A stretch of DNA of 64,000 bases from positions 67,084-131,083 of the forward strand of contig JADFYJ010000001.1 in NCBI GenBank assembly GCA_015233115.1, in the 5' to 3' direction. Shown here in pieces: positions 29,180-38,704 of the stretch; position 1 is the stretch's first letter, and each line of letters opens with the position of its first letter. The notes under the pieces were generated by a model. That model searched no databases, was not told the origin of the DNA, and saw only the letters and a program-made list of their open reading frames with translations. The position numbers and the translations under genes are program-made. This stretch comes from Candidatus Omnitrophota bacterium. GTDB lineage: Bacteria; Omnitrophota; Gorgyraeia; Zapsychrales; Zapsychraceae.

Positions 29180-29272
29180 AGATCTCTCACCTGACGGTTC
29201 GAGATCCTCACCATTCTCGGATGGATGATAGAGGTTTAATTTATTGAAGTCGGAGAGGTGTCTGAGTGGTTG
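29180..29272 (+). repeat. Upstream tRNA-Ser element (copy 2) followed by a 21-nt tRNA-Ser 5' fragment
   Basis: agatctctcacctgacggttcgagatcctca at 29180-29210. ggagaggtgtctgagtggttg at 29252-29272 duplicates the first 21 nt of the tRNA at 29359. Confidence 0.75.
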
Positions 29273-29358
29273 GCCGTTGATAATTTTGATGCGGCACCAG
29301 GCAATAATTGAAACGGTTCGCACACGATTAGGTGTGAATAAATGCTAATATTTTTTTT

Positions 29359-29446
29359 GGAGAGGTGTCTGAGTGGTTGAAGGTGGCGGCCTCGAAAGTC
29401 GCTGTTTCGCATTGCGGAACCCAGGGTTCGAATCCCTGCCTCTCCG
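29359..29446 (+). tRNA. tRNA-Ser(CGA)
   Basis: GGAGAGG acceptor, anticodon loop CUCGAAA, long variable arm, CAGGGTTCGAATCCCTG T-arm, CCTCTCC and discriminator G. Confidence 0.85.
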
Positions 29447-29805
29447 TTTAAATTTAATCAGTCAAGGGATGAGAACCCAAAAGGGGTGTGTCAGGGGAAA
29501 GCCTGTTTCCCCTGTTCTCTAGAGGGGTGACAGCGAAGCGCCAGAGGGGGTATGGCCCCCTATGGAGAGGATGAGCGACTAGCGAAGACGAGTTCGTTTC
29601 CCTGCCTCTCCGTTTAAATTTAATCAGTCAAGGGATGAGAACCCAAAAGGGGTGTGTCAGGGGAAAGCCTGTTTCCCCTGTTCTCTAGAGGGGTGACAGC
29701 GAAGCGCCAGAGGGGGTATGGCCCCCTATGGAGAGGATGAGCGACTAGCGAAGACGAGTTCGTTTCCCTGCCTCTCCGTTTAAATTTAATCAGTCAAGGG
29801 ATGAA
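29447..29805 (+). repeat. Tandem array of 2.2 copies of a 166-bp structured unit, each ending in a tRNA 3'-end mimic
   Basis: Units 29447-29612 and 29613-29778 are identical by eye. A third partial unit follows. Internal hairpins are CAGGGGAAA..TTTCCCCTG and AGGGGGTATGGCCCCCT. Each unit ends GAGTTCGTTTCCCTGCCTCTCCG. Confidence 0.9.
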
Positions 29806-29891
29806 AATATTTATTTTTGTTAGTAATCATATAGATTAATGGGACAATAATTTCGTCTTATAAAATACCTGACATTAAACAGGAGGCAGAC

Positions 29892-30875
29892 ATGCGGCGA
29901 ATCAAAAGCCTGTACATCTTTTGTTTAATTATGTGTATATTTACGTTTGCGGGTTGTACAAATAAATCTGCTTCAAAAAAACCTATCAAAATCTCCCTGA
30001 ATGTTTGGCCTGGATATGCCATTGCTTACCTTGCCCAGGAGAAGGGTATTTTTAAAAAAAACAATGTTGCAGTAGAATTGGTTTTAAAGGAATCCACAGC
30101 TGAATCTCTCGCTTTGTTTACTGACGGAGATGCTGACGGATGTTTGGATATTTTTATGGACGCGATTATGATTAACGCGAAAGGGATTCCGGCTATAATT
30201 GTTTCCCTGATAGATTATTCTACAAGCGGTGATGTTATTATAGGCAGACCGGAAATCCAGTCGTTATCTGAGCTTAAAGGGAAAACTGTGAGTTTTGAAG
30301 GGGTGAATACTTTCTCGCATATATTTGTCGTAAACGCGCTTGAAAAAGCGGGTGTCGAGGAAGATGATCTTAAATTTGAAAATATTAATGCCCATGATGT
30401 CTTGTCCGCGTTGGATGAAAAAAGGATTGACGCGGGACACACCTGGGAGCCCACCAAATCACGCGCATTAAAAAAAGGATATAAGATATTAGCCAAAGCG
30501 GGCGATTATCCCGGCATGATCACCGATGTTTTACTTTTTACACCGACAATGATAAAGGAGCGGCCCGAGGATATTCAGGCTATTATAAAATCATTGTTTG
30601 AGGCTCAGGATTATTTAAATAGTCACAAAGAGGAATCAATTTTGATTATGGCTGACAAAATGAAAATGTCCAAGGAAGAAATGATCGCGGGATTGGAAGG
30701 ATTGTATCAGCTGGATTTAAAAGAAAATATGACTTTGTTAACAACAAAAATTACCACGTTGGATGCTGCGGGAAAATTGATCATGGAATTTTATCTTAAC
30801 CATGGACAGCTTTCGAAAATCATCGATATTAAGAATATTGTTGAGCGAAAATTTATCGTGGAGTTGTCAAAATGA
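29892..30875 (+). CDS. Lipoprotein substrate-binding protein (NMT1/SsuA-like), paralogue of 20508..21488
   Basis: Lipobox FAGC. Shares GKTV(S/A) and WP/W-GY blocks with the other binding protein. Its stop overlaps the downstream kinase start (ATGA). Confidence 0.6.
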   Translation: MRRIKSLYIFCLIMCIFTFAGCTNKSASKKPIKISLNVWPGYAIAYLAQEKGIFKKNNVAVELVLKESTAESLALFTDGDADGCLDIFMDAIMINAKGIPAIIVSLIDYSTSGDVIIGRPEIQSLSELKGKTVSFEGVNTFSHIFVVNALEKAGVEEDDLKFENINAHDVLSALDEKRIDAGHTWEPTKSRALKKGYKILAKAGDYPGMITDVLLFTPTMIKERPEDIQAIIKSLFEAQDYLNSHKEESILIMADKMKMSKEEMIAGLEGLYQLDLKENMTLLTTKITTLDAAGKLIMEFYLNHGQLSKIIDIKNIVERKFIVELSK

Positions 30876-33800
30876 AATTAATGTTGAAATTGGCATTCAC
30901 CATAATTGCCATATCTTTGGTTGCGCTGTGTCTGATCTTCTTTTTCACATGGACTGCCAATGTTAAAACCCTGGAGACGAAGACCAAAGATGATTTAGAG
31001 GAACTCGCGTTTCATGCTCTGGATAAAATAGACCGTAATTTTTTTGAACGCTCAGGCGATATCCGGATATTGGCAAATGATCCGGTTATCATTTCCCGGG
31101 ATTCGACTCCGCAACAGATTACTGAACGCCTTATTGCTTATCGGAATACGTATAAAATGTATGTTTCTTTAAGTTTTTTTGATTTGAACCGCGTTAGGAT
31201 TGCGGATACCTCCGGATTAAGACTGGGAATGCAGGATGTAAAAAATAAGTATTGGGATGATGTTTTGCAAGGCCAATTGAGCATAGCCTCGGATATTGAG
31301 GTTTCGGCATCGTTAGGTTCGAATGTTATATTTTTTGCTTCACCCGTCAGAGACAAGAACGGACAGCTTTTTGGGGTCGTAACAGCCAGGATGGCAGTGG
31401 ACAGATTGTATGAGATAGTAGGCGACATCAGTATTTCAAAGCAAGTCAAAGAAACCGTCCGTATAGATCTGGTTGATAAAGAAGGCAAACTTATTTATTC
31501 TAGCCACAACCGCAAAGGGATATTGCGAGATAATTTATCAGATTGGGGAGAGGATGTCAGGGATTTTCAAGGAAAAAATTCAGGCTTTAAATCGCCTCAT
31601 AAAAATCCTGGAGGCGAAGAATCTATTTCTGTTTTTTATCGTGAACAAGGATATCTTGATTTTCAAGGGAATGATTGGATATTAATAGTCCATATTCCTA
31701 CGCGAGTTGTTTTTGCTTCGGTGGTTGATTTAAGAAATAAATGGCTTCTCGTGATCATTCCTTTTGCCTTGCTGGCTGTCATCATTTCTATAATTTTGGC
31801 TATCCGATATTCCAAACCATTAACAAAATTGAGAGATGCTGCCAATGAAGTTGGCAGCGGGAATTTGAATGTCAGGGTTAATATAAAATCGTATGATGAG
31901 ATTGGAGATTTGGTTAATGTTTTTAACCGGATGGTCAGTAATCTTCAAGAGAACATGACTTCAATCGGAAGACTTGAACAAGAGATGGATCAGCGTAAGA
32001 AAATTGAAATCGCTCTCAAAGAAAGTGAAGAATGGTTTTCAACGACTTTAAAAAGTATTGGCGACGCGGTTATTGCTACGGACGAAAAAGGACGCGTAAA
32101 ATTTATTAATTATGTAGCAGAGCAATTGACGGGTTGGAAATATAACGAAGCTGTTGGGAAATCTTTGGACGAAATTTTTCATATTGTTAATGAACAAACA
32201 AGGGAAGTTGTTGAAAATCCGGTTGTGAAGGTACTCAGGGATGGCGGAGTGGTGGGTTTGGCTAACCACACGGTTTTAATTTCCAAAGAAGGGAAAGAGG
32301 TTCCGCTGGCTGACAGCGGTGCGCCTATTAGAAATACCGCGGGAGAAATTATTGGAGTTGTTCTCGTTTTTCAGGATGTTACTGAGCGTAAACAGGCCGA
32401 AGACGCGCTGCAGGAGAGCGAGCAACAATTTATGGATGTTTTGTATGCTTCCCAGGATGCCATTCTTTTGATTGATAGCGAGCAATTTGTTGATTGCAAT
32501 GAAGCTACCGCCCGAATGCTTGGATACGTCAACCGTGCTGAGCTTTTAATGACCCACCCATCGAAACTGTCCCCGCCTATACAGCCGGATGGACAAAATT
32601 CTTTTGGGAAAGCTAATGAGATGATGCGGATTGCTCATGAAAAAGGGTTTAATCGGTTTGAATGGGTACATCGAAAAGCAAATGGATCAGATTTTCCGGT
32701 TGAAGTGTCTCTGACTCCTGTCTTGGTTAAAGGAAAGAGTGTTCTTCATTGCGTATGGCGCGATATCTCTGAGCTGAAATTGGCAGAGACAGAATTGGCC
32801 CGGTACCAGGAGCATCTTGAAGATATCGTCAAGGAACGCACCGAACTTTTACAGGTGAGTGAGGAACGTTATCGTCATATCGCCTCAGCGATTACGGATT
32901 ACATTTATACAGTTCTTATTGAGAATGGAAGACCCGTACGGACGATTTATAATCCAGCATGTTTAGTGGTCACGGGATATTCTGCGGATGAATTCCGGGA
33001 AGATCCTATGCTTTGGATTAAGGTTGTCGTTGAAGAAGATCAGCCGCTAGTTGCAAAACAGATTGAAGAGATTTTAACTGGCAAAAGGGATGTTAAACCT
33101 ATCGAGCACCGTATGATCCATAAGGATGGCCGTATTTGCTGGGTGAAAAATACGATTGTTCTTCATCATGATACGCGCGGCTGCCTGGATTCTTACGATG
33201 GCCTTATTAGTGATATCACGGCTAGAAGAGAAGCAGAAAAAATTCTTGAGGATCAAAAAAGAGCGCTCGATGAACACGCGATTGTATCAAAGGCAGATGC
33301 TCGCGGGCACATCACTTATGTGAATGATAAGTTTTGTGAAATTTCACAATATTCCCGGGAGGAACTCATTGGAAAGGATCATCGGATTATCAATTCCGGA
33401 TATCACCCGAAAGTGTTTTTTGAGAATTTATGGCGCACAATTAAAAGCGGAAAAGTTTGGCAAGGCAAGATTCGTAACCGGGCCCAGGATGGAAGTTTTT
33501 ACTGGGTTCAATCAACGATAGTGCCGGTTTTGGATGAAGGAGGTGCCGTTAAAGAATATATTAGTGCCAGAACAGATATTACTCAGAGTGTAGAAAATGA
33601 GGAACGTCTGGAAAGGGCGATGCTGGTCAAGTCGAACTTTGTTTCTACAGTTTCTCATGAACTGCGTACTCCCTTGGCATCCATCAAATCATCTATTGAC
33701 ATTTTGGATACTGAGGCGCCTGGAAAACTTAATGAGGATCAGAAAATTTTTATTGTTCGGGTGAAATCTAATATTGATCGTCTAGCACGGCTTATTAATG

Positions 33801-34666
33801 ATGTGCTTGATCTTTCCAAATTGGAGTCAGGCAAGATGATCATTAATTTGGTACCTTTTCATCCCGAAGAAGTGGTCAGAGACGTTATTGAGATGCAGAA
33901 ATCGGTTATCAAAAATAAAGCAGTCACTTTAGAGATAAAAAGTGAAAAAGGTTTGCCAGCGCTTTCCGCGGATAAAGACCGGGTGATCCAGGTTCTTAAT
34001 AATTTGATTAGTAATGCGTTAAAATTTACTCATGAGGGGAACATAACTGTTTCTGTCTCTTGCTTTGATCGAAAATTGATGACATTTTGTGTTCGCGATA
34101 CGGGCATGGGAATCAAGGAAGAAGATTTGCCCAAGTTGTTTCAAAAATTCCAGCAAGTGGGGGGCGCGAGCCAGCAAGTGAGCGGGACAGGGCTGGGGCT
34201 GGCGATCTGTAAAGAAATCGTTGAGAGGCACAATGGCCGGATCTGGGTTGAATCACAGTTTGGAAAAGGGAGCGCGTTTTTCTTTACTGTGCCAGTAAAA
34301 CATGATAAACGTATTTTAGTCGTCGATGATGATCCAGTTATTTCTAAATTGATTAGAAGCCTTCTTGAGAAAACGGAGAAATATGAAATTGAATCGGTTA
34401 CTGATGGATTTTTAGCCGGTCAGAAATATTTGGAGTTTGATCCGCATATTATTATTCTCGATGTTGGATTGCCGGGATTGAATGGGCTTGAGGTTTGTGC
34501 CAGGATTAAGAAAGACCCTAACACCATGCATACGAAAATTATGATGTTTTCTAGTTTCACCGAAGATTTGGAAAAAAAGTGTTGGGATGTGGGCGCGGAT
34601 GACATTTTAAATAAACCTTTGGATCAAGAAGAATTGTTTTTAAAAATCAGCAAACTTATCGAATAA
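30872..34666 (+). CDS. Hybrid sensor histidine kinase (periplasmic Cache-like domain, HAMP, about four PAS/PAC, HisKA, HATPase, C-terminal REC)
   Basis: Classical H-box SHELRTPL. RDTGMGI and GTGLGLAICK. C-terminal receiver (ILVVDDD...ILDVGLPGLNG). Confidence 0.85.
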   Translation: MKLMLKLAFTIIAISLVALCLIFFFTWTANVKTLETKTKDDLEELAFHALDKIDRNFFERSGDIRILANDPVIISRDSTPQQITERLIAYRNTYKMYVSLSFFDLNRVRIADTSGLRLGMQDVKNKYWDDVLQGQLSIASDIEVSASLGSNVIFFASPVRDKNGQLFGVVTARMAVDRLYEIVGDISISKQVKETVRIDLVDKEGKLIYSSHNRKGILRDNLSDWGEDVRDFQGKNSGFKSPHKNPGGEESISVFYREQGYLDFQGNDWILIVHIPTRVVFASVVDLRNKWLLVIIPFALLAVIISIILAIRYSKPLTKLRDAANEVGSGNLNVRVNIKSYDEIGDLVNVFNRMVSNLQENMTSIGRLEQEMDQRKKIEIALKESEEWFSTTLKSIGDAVIATDEKGRVKFINYVAEQLTGWKYNEAVGKSLDEIFHIVNEQTREVVENPVVKVLRDGGVVGLANHTVLISKEGKEVPLADSGAPIRNTAGEIIGVVLVFQDVTERKQAEDALQESEQQFMDVLYASQDAILLIDSEQFVDCNEATARMLGYVNRAELLMTHPSKLSPPIQPDGQNSFGKANEMMRIAHEKGFNRFEWVHRKANGSDFPVEVSLTPVLVKGKSVLHCVWRDISELKLAETELARYQEHLEDIVKERTELLQVSEERYRHIASAITDYIYTVLIENGRPVRTIYNPACLVVTGYSADEFREDPMLWIKVVVEEDQPLVAKQIEEILTGKRDVKPIEHRMIHKDGRICWVKNTIVLHHDTRGCLDSYDGLISDITARREAEKILEDQKRALDEHAIVSKADARGHITYVNDKFCEISQYSREELIGKDHRIINSGYHPKVFFENLWRTIKSGKVWQGKIRNRAQDGSFYWVQSTIVPVLDEGGAVKEYISARTDITQSVENEERLERAMLVKSNFVSTVSHELRTPLASIKSSIDILDTEAPGKLNEDQKIFIVRVKSNIDRLARLINDVLDLSKLESGKMIINLVPFHPEEVVRDVIEMQKSVIKNKAVTLEIKSEKGLPALSADKDRVIQVLNNLISNALKFTHEGNITVSVSCFDRKLMTFCVRDTGMGIKEEDLPKLFQKFQQVGGASQQVSGTGLGLAICKEIVERHNGRIWVESQFGKGSAFFFTVPVKHDKRILVVDDDPVISKLIRSLLEKTEKYEIESVTDGFLAGQKYLEFDPHIIILDVGLPGLNGLEVCARIKKDPNTMHTKIMMFSSFTEDLEKKCWDVGADDILNKPLDQEELFLKISKLIE

Positions 34667-34681
34667 CGGAAGGATAGGAAT

Positions 34682-35443
34682 ATGAAAGCAAAAATACTTA
34701 TTATTGATGATGAATTGGATTTGCGCGAGAATTTGAAGTATGTTTTTCTGATGAAAGGTTATGAGGTTGAACTGGCTGAGAATGGAGTTCAAGGATTAAA
34801 AAAATTAGAAACTTTTAGCCCAGACTTGATTGTATTAGACCTTAACATGCCTCAGATGGGCGGTATTGAATTTTATCAAAAAATTTGTGATCAAGATATT
34901 CCCAAGTATCCGGTTTTTGTGCTGACCGCCAGAGCGAATATGGAACAATTTTTTAGGGATTTTAATGTGGACGGATTTATGGCCAAGCCATTTGAAATTC
35001 CGGATTTGCTGAATGAGGTGAGCGCCATCTTAGATAAAAAATTGGGTAAAACTGAGGATCATGTATCTAAAGGAGGCGGAAATAAGAACGTTTTTATCGT
35101 GGAAAATAATGAAGTTTTTTCAGCCAAAGTGGGGGCTGCTTTCCTGATGAAAGGGTTTACGGTAAACTTGGCAAAAACGGGTACTGAGGCGATTGAGCGA
35201 ATTTCCCAAGTTGTTCCTGAGGTAGCTTGCGTGAAAATGAATTTGTCGGATATTTCCGGAGAAATGGTCATTGCCAAACTAAAGCGTATGGCCAAGACCT
35301 CGCGGGTGAAATTTATATTGTTTGATATAGGTATCGCGGATAATGAAATGGTAACAAATATGATTCAACATAAATTCGGCGTTGATAAATTTGCGATTGT
35401 GTCTTCGGAGAAAGATTTAATTGATGCGGTTGAAACACTTTAA
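34682..35443 (+). CDS. Response regulator with a canonical REC domain plus a degenerate second REC-like domain
   Basis: ILIIDDE...VLDLNMPQMGG, followed by a REC-like half lacking the phospho-acceptor context. Confidence 0.7.
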   Translation: MKAKILIIDDELDLRENLKYVFLMKGYEVELAENGVQGLKKLETFSPDLIVLDLNMPQMGGIEFYQKICDQDIPKYPVFVLTARANMEQFFRDFNVDGFMAKPFEIPDLLNEVSAILDKKLGKTEDHVSKGGGNKNVFIVENNEVFSAKVGAAFLMKGFTVNLAKTGTEAIERISQVVPEVACVKMNLSDISGEMVIAKLKRMAKTSRVKFILFDIGIADNEMVTNMIQHKFGVDKFAIVSSEKDLIDAVETL

Positions 35444-35473
35444 ATATTGTGGTGTTATTATACAAAACAAAAA

Positions 35474-35502
35474 TTGACAAACATAAAAGATTAAGATAAA
35501 TT
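35474..35502 (+). promoter_or_regulatory. Candidate sigma70-type promoter (TTGACA, 17 bp, TAAATT)
   Basis: Perfect -35 hexamer with a 17-bp spacer to an A/T-rich -10. Lies 24 bp upstream of the next ORF. Confidence 0.3.
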
Positions 35503-35525
35503 AATCACACTATTCTATAAATCAC

Positions 35526-36104
35526 GTGGCTTATATTTATATGCAGCTGGGTCAATCAAATTTTAGAGTTCTGGTCATTATTCCGTTGATCGTACTTTTC
35601 ACCTCAACGGCTTTTTCTGCCGAAGTGTATTATTTAGGAAGTAATTCTTCGCGTTCTTCATCTGCTGTCAATCCGGGTTTTTCTGCAAAACAAAGAGTTA
35701 ATGATTTATTTAAATCATTATATTCTGTCCAAAAAAATAATAATTCTTCAGGTTATATTGGCGGAAATTTTAGCCAGTCTGTTTCGTGGAACAATTTCAA
35801 TTTAACTTGGCCGTTTCATATGCCAGGTTTAAAAGGTTTTGAGAAAAATGGTTCTGCGCAGATTCAACTTTCAGCATCCACATTCGAAAGTTTAAATACT
35901 GCTCCTACAGGCGGATATGGCGCCAGTGGGACTATACCTGCCGATGCCGATGGAGTAGGAAAAGTATTTGTTTTTATTACGAAAGAAGGCTATTACGGTA
36001 AACTTAAGACCACGGCTAATCCAGGTGCCGCGAATACCGCTGATCCAGTTATTTTTGATTATGTGGTACAGACCAATGGTACAACAAATCTGGCTACACA
36101 ATAA
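35526..36104 (+). CDS. Secreted hypothetical protein (signal peptide, Gly/Asn/Ser-rich)
   Basis: Signal peptide VLVIIPLIVLFTSTAFSAEV. Confidence 0.45.
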   Translation: MAYIYMQLGQSNFRVLVIIPLIVLFTSTAFSAEVYYLGSNSSRSSSAVNPGFSAKQRVNDLFKSLYSVQKNNNSSGYIGGNFSQSVSWNNFNLTWPFHMPGLKGFEKNGSAQIQLSASTFESLNTAPTGGYGASGTIPADADGVGKVFVFITKEGYYGKLKTTANPGAANTADPVIFDYVVQTNGTTNLATQ

Positions 36105-36241
36105 TTTTTTTTAATCAAAGTATTGTCCAAAATTTAATCTGCATAGATCAGGCTGCCTAGATTTTTATCTAATTTTTTATCTTATATTTTACAATTATGT
36201 TATAGTAAAAATTCAAATCCAAGCTTAACCAAGGAATAATC

Positions 36242-37075
36242 ATGTTAAATTTTAATGTTGATAAGGAAAATTGTATTAAGTGTGGAGTCTGTGTATCAGA
36301 TTGCCCAGCGATGATTATTAATATGACGGATAATGGCCCAATTATTCTTCCTGAGAAAGAAAATAATTGTTTTAAATGTCAGCATTGTCTTGCTGTGTGT
36401 CCGGTCGGAGCTATTGCTATTTTGGGCGTTCAGCCGCGGGAAAGCCATCCTTTAACTGGAGAGTTGCCATCATCGGAGCAGATGGAAATGCTGATTAAAG
36501 GTCGCCGTTCAATCCGTAAGTATAAAGACGAAAATTTAGATCCTAAATTGATTCAGCGTCTTTTGGATACGGCCTGGTATGCGCCGACTGGAAAGAATAC
36601 CAAACAAGTTCAGCTCACTGTGGTTGATGATCGTGAAGTGATGAATCAATTTCGAAATAAAGCTATGACAGCTCTGTCCCGTCTCACCAAAGAGGGAAAA
36701 CTACCAGCAGGTTTGGAATTTTTTGCGGATATGGTGAATGCTTGGGAAAAGAATCATGTGGATGTGATTTTCCGTGGCGCACCGCATATGTTGATTGCTT
36801 CAGCACCAAAAAATGGAGTTTCACCGTTTCCAGATTGCATCATTGCGCTTTCTTACTTTGAACTTTTTGCGCAAAGTTTGGGTATAGGAACTATTTGGTC
36901 AGGATTGGCGAGATGGACCATCGCGGAACTTGTTCCTGAGCTTCGTAAAGATTTGGGAATCCCGGATGATCATATCATCGGGTTAGTCATGCCTTTTGGA
37001 AAACCAGCTGTCAAATATTTCCGATGTGTCCAGCATAAAACTCCTCATATTGTCAAAGTATCTAGAATTCAATAA
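36242..37075 (+). CDS. Ferredoxin (2x[4Fe-4S]) fused to a nitroreductase-family domain
   Basis: CIKCGVCVSDCP and CFKCQHCLAVCP, followed by the nitroreductase-like RRSIRKY motif. Confidence 0.7.
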   Translation: MLNFNVDKENCIKCGVCVSDCPAMIINMTDNGPIILPEKENNCFKCQHCLAVCPVGAIAILGVQPRESHPLTGELPSSEQMEMLIKGRRSIRKYKDENLDPKLIQRLLDTAWYAPTGKNTKQVQLTVVDDREVMNQFRNKAMTALSRLTKEGKLPAGLEFFADMVNAWEKNHVDVIFRGAPHMLIASAPKNGVSPFPDCIIALSYFELFAQSLGIGTIWSGLARWTIAELVPELRKDLGIPDDHIIGLVMPFGKPAVKYFRCVQHKTPHIVKVSRIQ

Positions 37076-37094
37076 TTTTATTAAAGGTTTATAA

Positions 37095-37952
37095 ATGAAT
37101 AAAATAGAGTCGGAACAATATAATAAAATTTGTGAAGCCAATTTGATTTTTTATAAGCAGACCGCTGATCAATATGAGTCCACTGAAACGTGTTTGGTAG
37201 ATAAAAAAGTTCAAGCTGGTTTGCAAAAGGATTTGGAAAATATTGTAGGATTTTTAAGGCAAAATAAAACCAAGGATGTTTATACGGTTTTAGACGCCTG
37301 CGGTGGATCTGGTAACGTGGCAACAAAATTGGTGCGGATGAAAAATCTCAATGTGACGTTGTGTGATCAGAGTCAGGAGTTAATTAATATTTTTTTGAAG
37401 AAAATAGCGGGACAAAATGTTATCTGTCAAGTCGTTAACACCGAAATTTCTACACATCTATCCCTTGCTCCGCAAAAATACGATTTAATTGTTTTTTCGT
37501 CAGCTCTTCATCATTTAGAGAATTATGAAGCGGTTTTAAAACTGGCAGCTGATTGTTTAGCAGACCACGGATTTATTTTTACTGCCTTTGATCCTATTCA
37601 GTGGAAAGGGCCTGCGCGTCTGATTATGCGTTTGGATTATTTAACGTTTAAACTTCTTCATCATTCCAAAGATGTTATTCCTGCGGTTCGTCGAAAGATT
37701 GGGCAGTGCTTAACCAAATTTTCAAAGCGATTGCCAGCCAAAGATCAAGTGAATTGGGGAGAAATAGCTGAATACCATGTGGATAAAGGGATCAATGATT
37801 TTGAATTGGTTCGTGCTATGGAGCAGAAACTATTAACAACGGTTTGGCATCGCCGGGAGACAAAGGCCAGGTATTTTATTTTTGAATTATTATTAAAATG
37901 CTGTGGGTGCAAGACGAATTTTACCCTGTTATTACAAAAAAAACCATGCTAA
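37095..37952 (+). CDS. Class I SAM-dependent methyltransferase
   Basis: Motif I VLDACGGSGNV and an acidic motif II, consistent with a Rossmann-type methyltransferase. Confidence 0.6.
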   Translation: MNKIESEQYNKICEANLIFYKQTADQYESTETCLVDKKVQAGLQKDLENIVGFLRQNKTKDVYTVLDACGGSGNVATKLVRMKNLNVTLCDQSQELINIFLKKIAGQNVICQVVNTEISTHLSLAPQKYDLIVFSSALHHLENYEAVLKLAADCLADHGFIFTAFDPIQWKGPARLIMRLDYLTFKLLHHSKDVIPAVRRKIGQCLTKFSKRLPAKDQVNWGEIAEYHVDKGINDFELVRAMEQKLLTTVWHRRETKARYFIFELLLKCCGCKTNFTLLLQKKPC

Positions 37953-38641
37953 AAATTTTAAGTCAGATTGAGGAAGGAATTCGGGCTTATCATATTCTTG
38001 AAGAAGGCGACCGTATTCTGGCCGCTATATCTGGAGGGAAAGACAGCTTAACCATGCTGCATTTTCTTAAGCAAATTCAGGCCTCTTCCAAAGTCCATTT
38101 TGATTTATCCGCAGTTCATATTAAGACGGATTTCCATTGCGGTTCCTGCGTTCACCGGGAAATGTTAAAAGATGTTTTTGAGCGTTTAGATGTTCCTTAT
38201 GTCATCAAAGATATTAAGGTTTTGGATGAACAAAAACAGACGAATTGCTTCTGGTGTTCCTGGTGCCGTAGAAAATGCTTATTTGAGACGGCGCGCGAGT
38301 TGGGGTGTAATAAGATTGCTTTTGGCCACCATAAAGATGATATCGTTGAGACTGTTCTTTTAAATTTATTTTTTAAAGGCGAGATTTCAACGATGACTCC
38401 GAATCAGGAAATGTTTAAAGGTGAGATTCGATTGATCCGGCCGCTATGCCTGGTAGATGAGGCCTTGATCAAACAATTTGCGCAGGAAAACAATTTTCCT
38501 CATCAAATGTGCCGCTGTCCATATGGTGCTGTTTCACAAAGAAAAACCATGAAATCGATTATTGATGATTTTTCTAATAATTTTCCAACGATTGATGTGC
38601 GAAATAATATTTTTAAAAGTTTATCAAATATTAAAATGTAG
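37946..38641 (+). CDS. PP-loop ATPase of the TtcA/TilS-like family (tRNA thiolation-type)
   Basis: SGGKDS PP-loop. Cys clusters CGSCVHR, CFWCSWCRRKC and CRCPYG. Start uncertain (ORF opens at 37898). Confidence 0.6.
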   Translation: MLKILSQIEEGIRAYHILEEGDRILAAISGGKDSLTMLHFLKQIQASSKVHFDLSAVHIKTDFHCGSCVHREMLKDVFERLDVPYVIKDIKVLDEQKQTNCFWCSWCRRKCLFETARELGCNKIAFGHHKDDIVETVLLNLFFKGEISTMTPNQEMFKGEIRLIRPLCLVDEALIKQFAQENNFPHQMCRCPYGAVSQRKTMKSIIDDFSNNFPTIDVRNNIFKSLSNIKM

Positions 38642-38654
38642 AGAAGGGAGAAAA

Positions 38655-38700
38655 AAGAAGATAGACAAGAGATATTATCTATCTTCTAATTTTCTTTTTA
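38655..38700. terminator. Bidirectional intrinsic terminator between convergent genes
   Basis: AGAAGATAGA-(11 nt)-TCTATCTTCT 10-bp stem flanked by A/T runs on both sides. Confidence 0.6.
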
Positions 38701-38704
38701 ATAA

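Noticed and set aside
29447-29805. Possible CRISPR array (regularly repeated sequence next to structured hairpins)
   Set aside because: The unit is 166 bp and the copies are identical throughout. There are no short unique spacers between ~30-bp repeats, and no cas genes are in the window.
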